Part shown: positions 17,434 to 27,988 of the stretch, piece after piece
Layout of the letters: each line of letters begins with the position of its first letter
Position numbering within the stretch: position 1 is the stretch's first letter
Assembly: GCA_017521285.1 (NCBI GenBank)
Contig: JAFXDG010000131.1
Coordinates: 40,628 to 104,627 of the forward strand
Length of the DNA stretch: 64,000 nt
Direction of reading: 5' to 3'
DNA from: Bacteroidaceae bacterium
GTDB taxonomy: Bacteria; Bacteroidota; Bacteroidia; Bacteroidales; Bacteroidaceae
Notes under the pieces: model-generated
What the model was told of the DNA's origin: nothing
The model's input: only the letters and a program-made list of their open reading frames with translations
The model's database searches: none
Made by a program: the position numbers and the translations under genes

Positions 17434-20025
17434 TTAGTGATTAATCGTACTTGGCCCTACATAGCTCGGCTGCAAGCCGCCCCAATCGAGGACGATGCGC
17501 TGAATCATGGTGCCAGGGTCGCCACAGGTGAGGGTGAGTGTATGCGAAGGCTGCTTGCGATCAATGGCGAAAGTAACGCGAGCCTCCACCCCGTTCTTCA
17601 GCACCTGATCTTTCCAAGGCTCACTCCATTCGGTAGGCAAATTCTCAAACACATAAGGACTCTGTCCGTCGATAGAGATACCGTAGCGATTGCTCTTACC
17701 TTTATATATAGGGAAGAACGGCAATGTAGAGACGGTGACTGTCACACTGTCGGCTTCGATATGCGGCAAGGTGTATTCCACACGGGTACCGTCCAGACGG
17801 GTGGCATCGGTTGTCGCTTCGGTGGCTTCGCCCAGTTGTACAACGTGCCAATCGTAGCCTAATCCCTTGACAAAGCGAACGGTGTGATTCTGTTTGCTGA
17901 TAAGGGTCCCCTTCAAGAGGTCAACCACCAGGCAACCGTCCAACTGTTCTTGCGCCTCTTGCGGAGCGATATCTACCGGCTCGTCCTTTACGCCATCAGC
18001 AATCATCACCTGTGGCATCTCTTGATAACGGGCACAGAAACCTGGAGGAACCTCCATCATGTCCATCCACTTGCCATTGAGCATGGTGTTGTAGAAACGA
18101 TTCAACGCCTGAATGCTGTCGTGTGCGGACTTTGCTTGCAGAGCCGCCCAATTGGCACCGGCAGTGTTTCCCTTCTCCATCTCTTCCTTGTTGAGTTGGG
18201 CAAGCAGGAACTTGCGGTTCATCTGATTGGCAGCCATCACCGGGTAAGCAAACATCTCGAAGAAAACAGGTTGCCATTTCTCGGGCAAATCCTGACAGAT
18301 GCGCACCACTTCATCACTGATATGCTGATAGTCGGCCAAACGCTGGCGGGCATCGTTGTAGTGGTCGAAGGAGAAGTCCGTTGGGCCTGTCACCTCGCGG
18401 GCAGGGATAGCATCCCACTCACGCTCCCACCCCATATATTCGGGCTTGCGGCTCCATGCCAGGCGGTAGTATTCGTCGAGCAATGTCTGAAATTCATCCA
18501 CATACTGCTGACCGAAAAGCGAAGCCATGTATTGTGCCTGATGATGGTTGATGTTCACAATGTCGTATGCGGGGAAGTCCCAGGCCATATCGAAGAAGGT
18601 CTTCACGGCCAGCTCCATCGGTTTGATGTCGCCCACGTTGAGCAACCAATAGCGGTCGGCACCAGTGTCGTATGCCTTTTTCAACTCCGTGTACATCAGC
18701 ACAGGTGGTGTGGTGTTCAACCAAAGGTAGTCGTGCGGTGTACCCAAATAGGAGGTGTGGTAATAGACACCCGAACCGCCCCGACGCTTCTGCTCTTCAG
18801 GATTGCTCACGCGCTTCATGTAGCCGTAGTTGTCATCGACCCATACAAGAGTCACTTCATCTGGCACTTGAAGTCCTTTTTCATAAAGGTCAAGCGCCTC
18901 TTTATAAGGAACAAATATCTGGGGAATCTCTTCAATGGGAGTATCGATATACTTCTGCAGGATGTCACGCTGGTCGGCAATCGCAGTGGCCAGCATCTGC
19001 ACCTTCTGATCCTCGGTAAGGTTACCACGCATACCTTCATCATGTAAACCACGCATGGCCAAGGTGTAGATGTTTTCGTATTGGGCAGCCTCCTGTACAC
19101 GGGCATCCAATTTGTTCAGAATACGGGCCTTGTTCTTGGAGTAGTCCCATTCGCCATCCACACTCTTGTCCCACTCTTGCAGGGAGGCGTTATTGAACAA
19201 CAGTGGTTCACAATGTGAAGTGGTAATGAGAATACCGTACTCATCAGCCACCACCTTGTTGTCGGCATGGGAATAGAAAGCTCCCGTGCAAGTGTGCATG
19301 GCCGGAGCCACCATGTTACCTTTCAATCGCAGAATGAGTTCACACACTTGTGCGTAGGTCTTGGGGCCTATGTCGTTCACCTCGGGTTCGTAAGTGTTCG
19401 ATGCCCATGGCTTCAGTCCCCAATCCTCGTCGTTGAGGAAGATGCCACGATACCTGATGCTGGGCGCTTGTGAAGCATAGTCGGCTTTTACATACACTTC
19501 GGTCTGTTTCTTCACCGGCACATCGGTCCACCAGTAGAATGGCGACACTCCCATCAGTTCACTGATAGTGAAAGCACCATAAGCTACGGCGCGTCGGTCG
19601 GTACCGGCAATCACCAAAGCCTCGTCCACTCCTTCTCTCGGATTCTTCACCTGCCTGATGACGAATTGCTCCCACCCTCCTTCGATGGTAGAGACATCCA
19701 ACTTACCGCATTTCACCAGTTCCTTAATCAAGGCATTGCTCTCCAAAGTTCCCAAGATGATGGACATCTTTCCTTGCGAACTTTTATCCGACACGGGAAC
19801 AGACTTGCCTGTTACCCGACGAATATCTCCCGCAAAGAGTTCGGCTACACGCTTCACTGTCTTTCCATCGGCGGCATCATATTCAATCCCAATCGTGGGA
19901 GCTGACAGATGGAAATATCCTTCTGACGGTTCATTTGAAACTGTCAGATTGTTCGTCACACTGCTTGAACAAGCTGCAAGTAAAACCGTAAGGAAAAGGA
20001 GGACAGAAAGAATTTTGAGTTTCAT
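17434..20025 (-). CDS. GH115 alpha-glucuronidase, lipoprotein
   Basis: Lipobox LAAC; GVSPFYWW.D, YRGIFLNDEDWGL.PW, ELILRLKGN...PAMH, SHCEP, DDNYGY, LNVGDIKP.E. Confidence 0.92.
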   Translation of the reverse strand: MKLKILSVLLFLTVLLAACSSSVTNNLTVSNEPSEGYFHLSAPTIGIEYDAADGKTVKRVAELFAGDIRRVTGKSVPVSDKSSQGKMSIILGTLESNALIKELVKCGKLDVSTIEGGWEQFVIRQVKNPREGVDEALVIAGTDRRAVAYGAFTISELMGVSPFYWWTDVPVKKQTEVYVKADYASQAPSIRYRGIFLNDEDWGLKPWASNTYEPEVNDIGPKTYAQVCELILRLKGNMVAPAMHTCTGAFYSHADNKVVADEYGILITTSHCEPLLFNNASLQEWDKSVDGEWDYSKNKARILNKLDARVQEAAQYENIYTLAMRGLHDEGMRGNLTEDQKVQMLATAIADQRDILQKYIDTPIEEIPQIFVPYKEALDLYEKGLQVPDEVTLVWVDDNYGYMKRVSNPEEQKRRGGSGVYYHTSYLGTPHDYLWLNTTPPVLMYTELKKAYDTGADRYWLLNVGDIKPMELAVKTFFDMAWDFPAYDIVNINHHQAQYMASLFGQQYVDEFQTLLDEYYRLAWSRKPEYMGWEREWDAIPAREVTGPTDFSFDHYNDARQRLADYQHISDEVVRICQDLPEKWQPVFFEMFAYPVMAANQMNRKFLLAQLNKEEMEKGNTAGANWAALQAKSAHDSIQALNRFYNTMLNGKWMDMMEVPPGFCARYQEMPQVMIADGVKDEPVDIAPQEAQEQLDGCLVVDLLKGTLISKQNHTVRFVKGLGYDWHVVQLGEATEATTDATRLDGTRVEYTLPHIEADSVTVTVSTLPFFPIYKGKSNRYGISIDGQSPYVFENLPTEWSEPWKDQVLKNGVEARVTFAIDRKQPSHTLTLTCGDPGTMIQRIVLDWGGLQPSYVGPSTINH

Positions 20026-20062
20026 TTCTCAATTTATTACAAAAGTTCCAAATAATCTGAAA

Positions 20063-21874
20063 TCACATCTCCACCACATACACAAATCCTCCACGAGGGC
20101 GGCACTGTACAGTTGGGTCAAGTGTTGTGGCTGTGCGGATATCCCACTTGTCGCCATCGAGGAAAAGGCGGGCAGTGCGGAAAGAGGGAATAATCCCACT
20201 GAGGTCAACACTAAGAGATTGTTCTTCGTCCGTACCGTTAATACCGGCTACATACCAGGTGGTGCCACTACGACGGGCAAGAACTGCCGATTTGCCCGGA
20301 TAGCCGGAGATGTAACGCGTTTCATCCCATACAGCGGGCAATTGGGAAAGGAAATTCTTCACCTCCTGAGGTTGAGCCAAGAAACTTTCAGGGCGATCTG
20401 CCAGATGTTGCAGACCAGATTCAAACAATACGGTCAATGCCAATTCGTGAGCATGGGTAGTAATATGGGGATGTTGTGAATCAGAGAAAGCACAAGGAGT
20501 GTAGTCCATCGGACCAATGACATTACGTGTGAAAGGTAATGTGGCATTATGACTGGCCGCCCGATTGGTAAAGGTTGGTACATTATTGTACCACTCAGCT
20601 CCATAAACGGCTTCCATAGTCAGCATGTGGGGGTATGTGCGTTGCCAGCCACGAGGTATGGTTGCTCCGTGGAAGTTCACCAACAAATGATGGCGGGCTG
20701 TACTTTCCATCAGATCGATGTAATAATCCATATTCATCTGGTTATCGCCAGAGAAGAAGTCTATCTTCACACCAGCCACACCTAACTTTTCGCACCAGGC
20801 AAATTCGCGTTCACGATCTTCAGGCTTGTTCAAGCGGAATTTCGGACCGGGTGCGCCATTAATCCAACCTACAGAAGAATTGTACCAAATCATAGGCTTC
20901 ACACCCTGTGATTTGGCATAGTTTACGGCATCCTCGATAGTCTTTCCATCCTTCATGCCATCCCATTCAGCATCAATCAACACGTAAGGAAGCTTCAGTT
21001 CGACTGCCAAATCAACATACTGCTTGATAATGTTATAATCATTGCTTCCATGATTGTGTGCCCAATAAATCCACGAAACGACACCGGGATTTATCCAAGA
21101 AGTATCTGTCAGACGGCAAGGCTCGGACAAATCTGTAACCAGGGTGCTTTCCACCACATCGGCCAACGTACCGATAATTGCCAAACGCCACGGAGAAGAC
21201 CAATTATCTGTCAATTTCAAATCGTTCTTGTCCGGACAGACACGGTACCGTTCCACATTACCATCGTTACGCAAGCACGAAGCACTCTGACGACGATTGA
21301 TGTCGGCCTCAGAAATAAGGGCAAAGATGCCTTCTTGAGGTTCAAACAGGGCTGGATATCCCCACCGATGATCGCGACTCTCGCCCGTAGTGGCATGAGG
21401 GAAAAAGGCTTCGTAAGGCTCAGTCCATCGCTGTACCCAACGGTTGATTCCCTCTGGGATGATATAGGCCGTGCGCTCTTCGGGCAATGTTTCATTATTC
21501 ATCCCGGTCAATTCATAGCGGAAAGCCACACCGTTATTATAGAGTCGCAACACCAGGCGCGTACGGTCATCTATCATCACTGCATATTCGTTGGCATCGT
21601 TGGTGCAGTGTAACCGTTTGCCAGACAGCATGGTATAATCCTCGTGCAGGTAGCGCACAAACTCCGGGCTTTTTGTCTTGGACTCTGCTGCCCCCAATCC
21701 ATAACCATTGGCTTCAATGTGGAGTACCGGGGCTTTTTTATACTTGATGACGTATTGTCCGTCCGCCTGTTCAAGTGTAAGTAGCTTATTGGGTGAATGA
21801 ACTTTTTTTGCCGCTCCGGCCATTGTTGCCATACAGAAGAGCAGCAAAAAGTTCAGTGTGAATATTTTATTCAT
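20063..21874 (-). CDS. GH97 glycoside hydrolase
   Basis: DTSWINPG..SW, LIDAEW, GVKIDFF, VNFHG...PRGW.RTYP...T.EAVYGAE, PFTRN.IGPMDYTP. Confidence 0.92.
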   Translation of the reverse strand: MNKIFTLNFLLLFCMATMAGAAKKVHSPNKLLTLEQADGQYVIKYKKAPVLHIEANGYGLGAAESKTKSPEFVRYLHEDYTMLSGKRLHCTNDANEYAVMIDDRTRLVLRLYNNGVAFRYELTGMNNETLPEERTAYIIPEGINRWVQRWTEPYEAFFPHATTGESRDHRWGYPALFEPQEGIFALISEADINRRQSASCLRNDGNVERYRVCPDKNDLKLTDNWSSPWRLAIIGTLADVVESTLVTDLSEPCRLTDTSWINPGVVSWIYWAHNHGSNDYNIIKQYVDLAVELKLPYVLIDAEWDGMKDGKTIEDAVNYAKSQGVKPMIWYNSSVGWINGAPGPKFRLNKPEDREREFAWCEKLGVAGVKIDFFSGDNQMNMDYYIDLMESTARHHLLVNFHGATIPRGWQRTYPHMLTMEAVYGAEWYNNVPTFTNRAASHNATLPFTRNVIGPMDYTPCAFSDSQHPHITTHAHELALTVLFESGLQHLADRPESFLAQPQEVKNFLSQLPAVWDETRYISGYPGKSAVLARRSGTTWYVAGINGTDEEQSLSVDLSGIIPSFRTARLFLDGDKWDIRTATTLDPTVQCRPRGGFVYVVEM

Positions 21875-21901
21875 ATAGTATCAGGTTGTCATAATATATA
21901 A

Positions 21902-23077
21902 TCACTCTTTTTCTTCCTCTTTCCCTAACAGGAAACGGTCAATAAATGACTCGACAATAGGATATTGGCTTTCATGCAATACACAGTGGGGATGTCCGCC
22001 AATGATATCCCATGCCATACGGTCGCCGATACCGAAACGTTCCCATACTTTATGAGCTGCTTCAGCAGAAACCTGCATAGCGCTATCAGCCAACCATTTA
22101 TAATCAGGATTACCCAACAGCAACAGAGCACGGGGGCAAACCATGGCACAGAGTTCATGATGGTCGTAGGGCAAGCGATAGACACTGTCGCCCTTAAAAT
22201 TGTCCCTCATACTTTCCATGAACCAGTTGTAATCGGTACGTTCAAGACTTTCCACCTCGGTCATTGTATGCGATACACGCCATGCGGCAGCTCCTCCTCC
22301 ACCAGGCTCTTGGGCAATGGTAAGGGCTACACGTTCGTCGAATGCGCCACAGAAGAGAGCCATTTTACCGGCATACGAACAACCGGTCACACCGATGTGT
22401 TCCGTATCAATCTTTGTCACCTCGGGACCCAACAGTTGCAAACCGTCAATCAAGCGGCTCAATCCCCATGCCCATTCACTGTAGGCTCCGTTATCCTTCA
22501 ACTCGGGATAGAGACGGTCGAACTCATAGTCTCCGCGTGTCTTGTTGCCACGACGGAAGAACTGAGAATATGAATTTACTTGCGACTCACGATAGGTCAT
22601 CGTTGCCATAGGACGTTCATCAAATATCTGTCGGGGCAATGATATACCACTGGTACCTATCATCAGGGGGAAAGGAGCTACACCCTCTTTCGGATAACGG
22701 ATGGCAGAGCGCAAAGTCAATGTTTCACCTCCAACGGTAACATCAACAATCAGTGTATCGCCATCCATGCGTGCTTTTACCTGTTCTTCCTTGTTTACAG
22801 CGGGCTTCTGACCGATACCATAGTGCTGTATCATAGCAGCAATTTCACTACGACGGCGTGACCAGTCACTGAAGTCTTCCACACCCTCCAACGGATCGGG
22901 CAATTCGCGAATAACAGGAAGGTCGGCAACTGTCGGCATTACTGGCAGAGCATAATCAGCTCCTGTGTTTTCTACCTCGTACACAAGAGGAATGGGTTTG
23001 TTACTTTGGCAGGCCATCAAACCCACCAATCCTACAATCGTTGTAGCCTTCATGACCGATAAAAGTGATGATTTCAT
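21902..23077 (-). CDS. CE15 glucuronoyl-esterase-like lipoprotein
   Basis: LPDP, WAWGLSRLID.L, IGVTGCSYAGK, AFDERVALTIAQEPGGGGAA.WR, LPYDHHEL.AM..PR, HC. Start placed downstream of the TATATTTG element at 23111-23118. Confidence 0.85.
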   Translation of the reverse strand: MKSSLLSVMKATTIVGLVGLMACQSNKPIPLVYEVENTGADYALPVMPTVADLPVIRELPDPLEGVEDFSDWSRRRSEIAAMIQHYGIGQKPAVNKEEQVKARMDGDTLIVDVTVGGETLTLRSAIRYPKEGVAPFPLMIGTSGISLPRQIFDERPMATMTYRESQVNSYSQFFRRGNKTRGDYEFDRLYPELKDNGAYSEWAWGLSRLIDGLQLLGPEVTKIDTEHIGVTGCSYAGKMALFCGAFDERVALTIAQEPGGGGAAAWRVSHTMTEVESLERTDYNWFMESMRDNFKGDSVYRLPYDHHELCAMVCPRALLLLGNPDYKWLADSAMQVSAEAAHKVWERFGIGDRMAWDIIGGHPHCVLHESQYPIVESFIDRFLLGKEEEKE

Positions 23078-23125
23078 TGTTATAAATGGTTTTAGATTCT
23101 GATTTTTGTGCAAATATATATAAAA

Positions 23126-23207
23126 TTAGGACACAGAGACACTGAAACATTGAGATATTTCTTGCTTGAAAAGAAAAATCCTGTGTTCCTATATCTCTGT
23201 GTCCTAA
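23126..23207. repeat. Intergenic inverted repeat (possible terminator of the GH3 gene)
   Basis: 14-bp perfect arms ttaggacacagaga / tctctgtgtcctaa. Confidence 0.65.
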
Positions 23208-23224
23208 AACTAATTACTAATCAT

Positions 23225-26161
23225 TTACTTCACTGTAAAGGCCAGACTCTGCAAATCTTTGTCAAGAGAAGAACAGCCATAGAGAATCTGATAGCGTCCG
23301 CTACGGGTAGAAAGCTCATCAATAGAAGCATCGTAATATTCAAAAGCTTCGCCGTCGAGAGTAACAACAGCCTTACCTGTTTCACCGGGAGCCAGTTTCA
23401 ATTTGGCAAATCCCTTGAGAGATTTGATAGGAGCTTCGGGATAGTCGAGAGCCTTGACGTAAACCTGAACAATCTCTTCACCCTCGCGGTCGCCAGTATT
23501 TGTTACAGGAACGGTCAATGTGACTTTACCGTCAGCCTTCATTGAAGACTTGGAGAGCTTACCCTTGCCATATTCAAAAGTGGTATATGACATTCCATAA
23601 CCGAATGCATAGAGCGGAGTACCACGGAAATAACGGTAAGTACGATTTTCCATGCTATAGTCGAGGAAGTCAGGAAGATCATCATTAGAAGCGTAGAATG
23701 TAACGGGAAGCTTGCCAGAGGGATTGTAGTCACCGAAAAGAACGTCGGCCAATGCCTGTGCACCACCTTGACCAGGATACCAAGCTTGAATAAGGGCATC
23801 GTAGCAATTCTCTACACTGGCGAAAGCAATGGGTGAACCTGAACAGTTGACCATCACTACGGGACGACCAGTCTCGCGCATAGCCTTCAACAGACGTTGC
23901 TGTACTTTGGGCAATTCAATGTCGGCCTTATCACCACCTTCACCTTCCATGCGGGCTGAAATACCACCGATAACAATGATAGCATCAGCACCCTTCACCT
24001 CAGCCTGCAAATCAGTAAATTCAACCAATTTGCGTTCGCAGATTTCACCACGAAGCATAGCGAAATTGCCATTACCACGTTTATATTCAATTACCACGTC
24101 GTAGGTCTCGCCTGCCTTCACAGGGAAATTCTTATATTCAACACCGCCCCGACGGAATCCGCGACGACCACTACCGGCCTTAGCCTCTTCAACTACCTGA
24201 CCGTTGATTGTCAATACATAACCATTATCTGTATTCAAACTGTATTTCATGTCACCAGTAAAGGTTGCCTTGTATTTACCTGTGATACGTACAGAAAGAT
24301 TTTCAGTGCTGACACCTTGTGCAAATCCCCATGCTCCGAAAGTGGAGAAATTGATTTCCTTGTAATATCCGGTAACAGCGGGGTCACCACTTAATTCCTT
24401 ATTATTATAGAACTCAACGAATACACCCTGTCCGTCATTAAAGTCTGCCAAATGGTTCACGGTTGTATATTCATCGTTCAATTCACAAGCCTTGCGGTAG
24501 ATGACATTCGCACCCGGTAAAGCCTTGCGGATACCAGACAACAGCGAATGTTTGTGATTGTCAGAAGGAGTACCTCCATAATTACCATTGAGCAACTCAA
24601 TATCGTCAGCATTAGGACCTACAACTGCGACAGTCTTCATGCTCTTTGACAAAGGAAGAATACCATTGTTCTTCAACATGACCATGGCTTCACGAGCAGC
24701 CTGTACGGCCAAATCATTGAATTTTTCAGAACTGATGACATCTTCTCCAAGATTAGCCCAAGGCAACATTTCTGCGGGGTCGAACATACCCAATTCAAAA
24801 CGGCCGAGCAATGTACGACGCAAATGGTCGTCGAGTACTTCTTCTGTAACCAATCCCTTCTCCAAAGCTTCAGTAAGTACCATAAAGACCTTTCCACATT
24901 CAAGGTCGGTACCGTTCAATACCGCATCAACAGAAGCAGCCAGGGGAGTAGGATGAGTTTCATGCTGTCCCTTATTGTAGAAGTTGTTGATTGCATCACA
25001 GTCAGTCAGCACAATACCATCGAAGCCCCACTTGCGGCGCAAAATATCCACCAACAAACGATCGCTGGTACAACAAGGAACTCCCTCGTAACGGTTATAT
25101 GCACACATCACCTCACGTACATTACCTTTCTTTACCAATGCTTTGAAAGCAGGAAGATAGGTCTCCCACAAATCGCGCATGGAAACAGAGGCATCATAAG
25201 TGTGACGGAGAGGTTCGGGACCGCTATGTACGGCATAGTGCTTGGCACAAGCATGAGTCTTGAAATATTTATCATCATTACCCTGCATACCCAACACGGT
25301 CTGTACACCCAACACAGCATTCAGATAGGGGTCTTCACCACAGGTTTCTTGTCCACGTCCCCAACGAGGATCGCGGAAAATGTTCACGTTAGGACACCAG
25401 AAAGTAAGTTCGGGATTACCGGGATAATACGTTACACCCATTGGAACATTGAAGACATTGTGGTCTGAACGGTTCCAATTGGCACGCGCCTCGTCAGAAA
25501 CAGTAGAGAATACATCATACACCAACTGTTCACTGAAAGCTGCAGCCAGACCAATGGGCTGGGGATAGACTGTATAGCCATCCTGTCGTACGCCGTGACA
25601 AGCTTCGCTCCACCAGTTGTAAGAAGGAATATTGAGACGATCAACAGAAACAGACTTGTTCATCATCAATCCCACCTTCTCTTCGGGAGTAAGCAATGAA
25701 ATAAGATTTTCCACACGAGCCTCGTTTGACAAATCAGTGTTCCAAAATGGGTACTTCTCTGCCCCACCCTTTGCCACTACTTGTGCTTTGGTTGAAAGAG
25801 CACCGAGTGTATTGCCATCAGCATCCAACAATTCTACGCTACGATAATTACGTCCGATAGACTCTGACGGAGAAAATACAACCATCACCTCGGCTGATTC
25901 ACCTGGACGGATAACCTCATCGGCATAACGGGCCGTTATGCATTCGCAACTGGGAATCTGTTTACCGATACGGACATCCTTCTTGGTGTTGTTTTTCAAC
26001 GTAAAGGTATGACATACGGCACCCTTATCGGAAGCGATGGTACCAAAGTCCCACTCATAGGTGTCAAACGACACCGCATTTTTTTTGAATTGTGCAGACA
26101 TGGGCATTGCTACCACTGAACACAATACAAATGCAGATAAAAATCGTTCTAATGTTTTCAT
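23225..26161 (-). CDS. GH3 beta-xylosidase with PA14 insertion, FN3-like C-terminus and N-terminal DUF1573-like Ig domain
   Basis: WWSEACHG, PNVNIFRDPRWGRGQET.GEDP, KHYAVHSGPE, VMCAYN, LTDC.AI (nucleophile Asp), PSGKLPVTFY; N-terminal DFGTI...F...N...PSCEC...I.PGES. Confidence 0.92.
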   Translation of the reverse strand: MKTLERFLSAFVLCSVVAMPMSAQFKKNAVSFDTYEWDFGTIASDKGAVCHTFTLKNNTKKDVRIGKQIPSCECITARYADEVIRPGESAEVMVVFSPSESIGRNYRSVELLDADGNTLGALSTKAQVVAKGGAEKYPFWNTDLSNEARVENLISLLTPEEKVGLMMNKSVSVDRLNIPSYNWWSEACHGVRQDGYTVYPQPIGLAAAFSEQLVYDVFSTVSDEARANWNRSDHNVFNVPMGVTYYPGNPELTFWCPNVNIFRDPRWGRGQETCGEDPYLNAVLGVQTVLGMQGNDDKYFKTHACAKHYAVHSGPEPLRHTYDASVSMRDLWETYLPAFKALVKKGNVREVMCAYNRYEGVPCCTSDRLLVDILRRKWGFDGIVLTDCDAINNFYNKGQHETHPTPLAASVDAVLNGTDLECGKVFMVLTEALEKGLVTEEVLDDHLRRTLLGRFELGMFDPAEMLPWANLGEDVISSEKFNDLAVQAAREAMVMLKNNGILPLSKSMKTVAVVGPNADDIELLNGNYGGTPSDNHKHSLLSGIRKALPGANVIYRKACELNDEYTTVNHLADFNDGQGVFVEFYNNKELSGDPAVTGYYKEINFSTFGAWGFAQGVSTENLSVRITGKYKATFTGDMKYSLNTDNGYVLTINGQVVEEAKAGSGRRGFRRGGVEYKNFPVKAGETYDVVIEYKRGNGNFAMLRGEICERKLVEFTDLQAEVKGADAIIVIGGISARMEGEGGDKADIELPKVQQRLLKAMRETGRPVVMVNCSGSPIAFASVENCYDALIQAWYPGQGGAQALADVLFGDYNPSGKLPVTFYASNDDLPDFLDYSMENRTYRYFRGTPLYAFGYGMSYTTFEYGKGKLSKSSMKADGKVTLTVPVTNTGDREGEEIVQVYVKALDYPEAPIKSLKGFAKLKLAPGETGKAVVTLDGEAFEYYDASIDELSTRSGRYQILYGCSSLDKDLQSLAFTVK

Positions 26162-26437
26162 TTGATTATTGGGTTAATTTATAATATTTACTTTTACTAT
26201 GTGCAAAAGTACAGTTTTACTTTGTTGTTCATTTGTTGTTTTGTAACATATCCTTTTCAAAATAGAACAAAAGACAAAGAAATGAAGAAAAATAGCATCC
26301 ACAATTACATTTTATGTGAAAAAAATTAGCATATCTGAATATTGTGATATATTTTTGCAAAGTAAACTTTATTAATCATCAATCCATACTTTCCTTATAG
26401 AGAGGGGTAAGTTATGGTTACAAAAAAGTAATTTATC

Positions 26438-27925
26438 ATGTTGCGAAAAACGAGAATCATTTTAGCGGCCATATTTTTTGTAGGCATCACGTTGCTGTTT
26501 TTAGATTTCACTGGCACGTTGCATACATGGTTCGGATGGATGGCTAAAGTACAATTCCTGCCGGCAATTCTTGCTTTAAATGTAGGAGTGGTGGGTGTAC
26601 TCGCGTTATTAACCTTCCTTTTTGGAAGACTTTATTGTTCCGTCATCTGCCCGTTAGGTGTGATGCAGGATCTTTTTGCCTGGCTGGGTAAGAAGGCAAA
26701 GAAGAATCGCTATTCCTATTCACCCGAAAAGAAATGGTTGCGATACATCATGTTGGTTTTGTTCATCATCTCATTGCTTGTCGGTGGAGGCGTGCTTGCC
26801 AAATTGATTGCACCTTATAGTGCTTATGGCCGCATAGCCAACAACTTGTTGGCTCCCCTGTGGCAATGGGGAAACAACGGATTGGCTTATTTGGCAGAAC
26901 GGGCCGACAGTTATGCTTTCTATGAGACAGAAGTGTGGATAAAGAGTGGTATCACCTTCGGCATTGCTGTAGCCACCTTATTAATAATAAGTATATTGGC
27001 TTGGCGAAATGGACGTACTTATTGCAACACCATTTGCCCGGTAGGTACTGTATTGGGATTCGTTTCCCGCTTCTCATGGTTAAAACCAGTGATAGACACC
27101 AGCAAATGTAACGGTTGTGGTTTGTGTGCCCGCAATTGCAAAGCAGCTTGTATCAACAGCAAAGAGCATAGTATCGACTATAGCCGTTGTGTCGCTTGCA
27201 TGGATTGTATCGGAAATTGCAAGAAGGGAGCCATATCCTATGTACATCGTCCAGCCAAAGCCTCTTCTACTGAAGAGCCTCAAACTCAACCCGTAGATAC
27301 ATCTCGTCGTTCCTTCCTGACTACTACTGCTGTGGTGGCTGCTACAACAGCGATCAAAGCACAGGAGAAGAAGGTTGACGGTGGTTTGGCTGTTATCGAA
27401 GACAAAGTGGCACCCGAACGTCAGACTCACTTGGTTCCTCCCGGAGCCTTGAGTGCCCGCAACTTTGCCCAGCATTGTACGGCTTGCCAGTTGTGTGTAT
27501 CTGCATGTCCCAACGGTGTGCTTACCCCCTCTACCAGTCTGACACGACTGATGCAACCCGAAATGACTTACGAACGTGGATATTGCCGCCCGGAATGTAC
27601 CAAGTGTTCTGATGTATGTCCCACGGGTGCTATCCGTCCGATAACCCGCGAAGACAAGTCATCAACCCAGATAGGTCATGCTGTATGGATAAAGAAGAAT
27701 TGTATCCCTTTGACCAATGGCGACTCATGTGGCAACTGTGCCCGTCACTGCCCCACTGGAGCTATCCAAATGGTTCCTTCAGAAGAGGGCAACAGACGTT
27801 CACCCAGAATTCCTGTCATCAATGTCGAACGGTGTATCGGTTGCGGTGCTTGCGAACATCTTTGCCCTGCCCGCCCCTTCAGCGCCATTTATGTGGAAGG
27901 ACACGAGAGACACAAAGAAGTGTGA
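26438..27925 (+). CDS. Membrane polyferredoxin (4Fe-4S binding, NapH/NapF-like fusion)
   Basis: TM helices, GRLYCSVICPLG, GRTYCNTICPVG, multiple CxxCxxCxxxC(P) motifs, internal SRRSFL. TATTTTTG promoter element at 26350-26357. Confidence 0.9.
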   Translation: MLRKTRIILAAIFFVGITLLFLDFTGTLHTWFGWMAKVQFLPAILALNVGVVGVLALLTFLFGRLYCSVICPLGVMQDLFAWLGKKAKKNRYSYSPEKKWLRYIMLVLFIISLLVGGGVLAKLIAPYSAYGRIANNLLAPLWQWGNNGLAYLAERADSYAFYETEVWIKSGITFGIAVATLLIISILAWRNGRTYCNTICPVGTVLGFVSRFSWLKPVIDTSKCNGCGLCARNCKAACINSKEHSIDYSRCVACMDCIGNCKKGAISYVHRPAKASSTEEPQTQPVDTSRRSFLTTTAVVAATTAIKAQEKKVDGGLAVIEDKVAPERQTHLVPPGALSARNFAQHCTACQLCVSACPNGVLTPSTSLTRLMQPEMTYERGYCRPECTKCSDVCPTGAIRPITREDKSSTQIGHAVWIKKNCIPLTNGDSCGNCARHCPTGAIQMVPSEEGNRRSPRIPVINVERCIGCGACEHLCPARPFSAIYVEGHERHKEV

Positions 27926-27988
27926 TACTATAATTACAAATTATGAATGGTAATTTCATAATGAAGAATAATCCTTAAGAATTGATTT

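Noticed and set aside
17884-19047. Long antisense ORFs over CAZyme genes (e.g. 17884-19047, 19658-20479, 35866-36711, 54517-55185)
   Set aside because: Shadow frames of well-supported opposite-strand genes, with no recognisable motifs.
23078-23113. Longer N-termini from the ORF track (CE15 23113; also 7734, 40218, 42967, 16012)
   Set aside because: They overlap promoter elements or upstream genes; downstream ATGs give better starts, mostly with canonical signal peptides.
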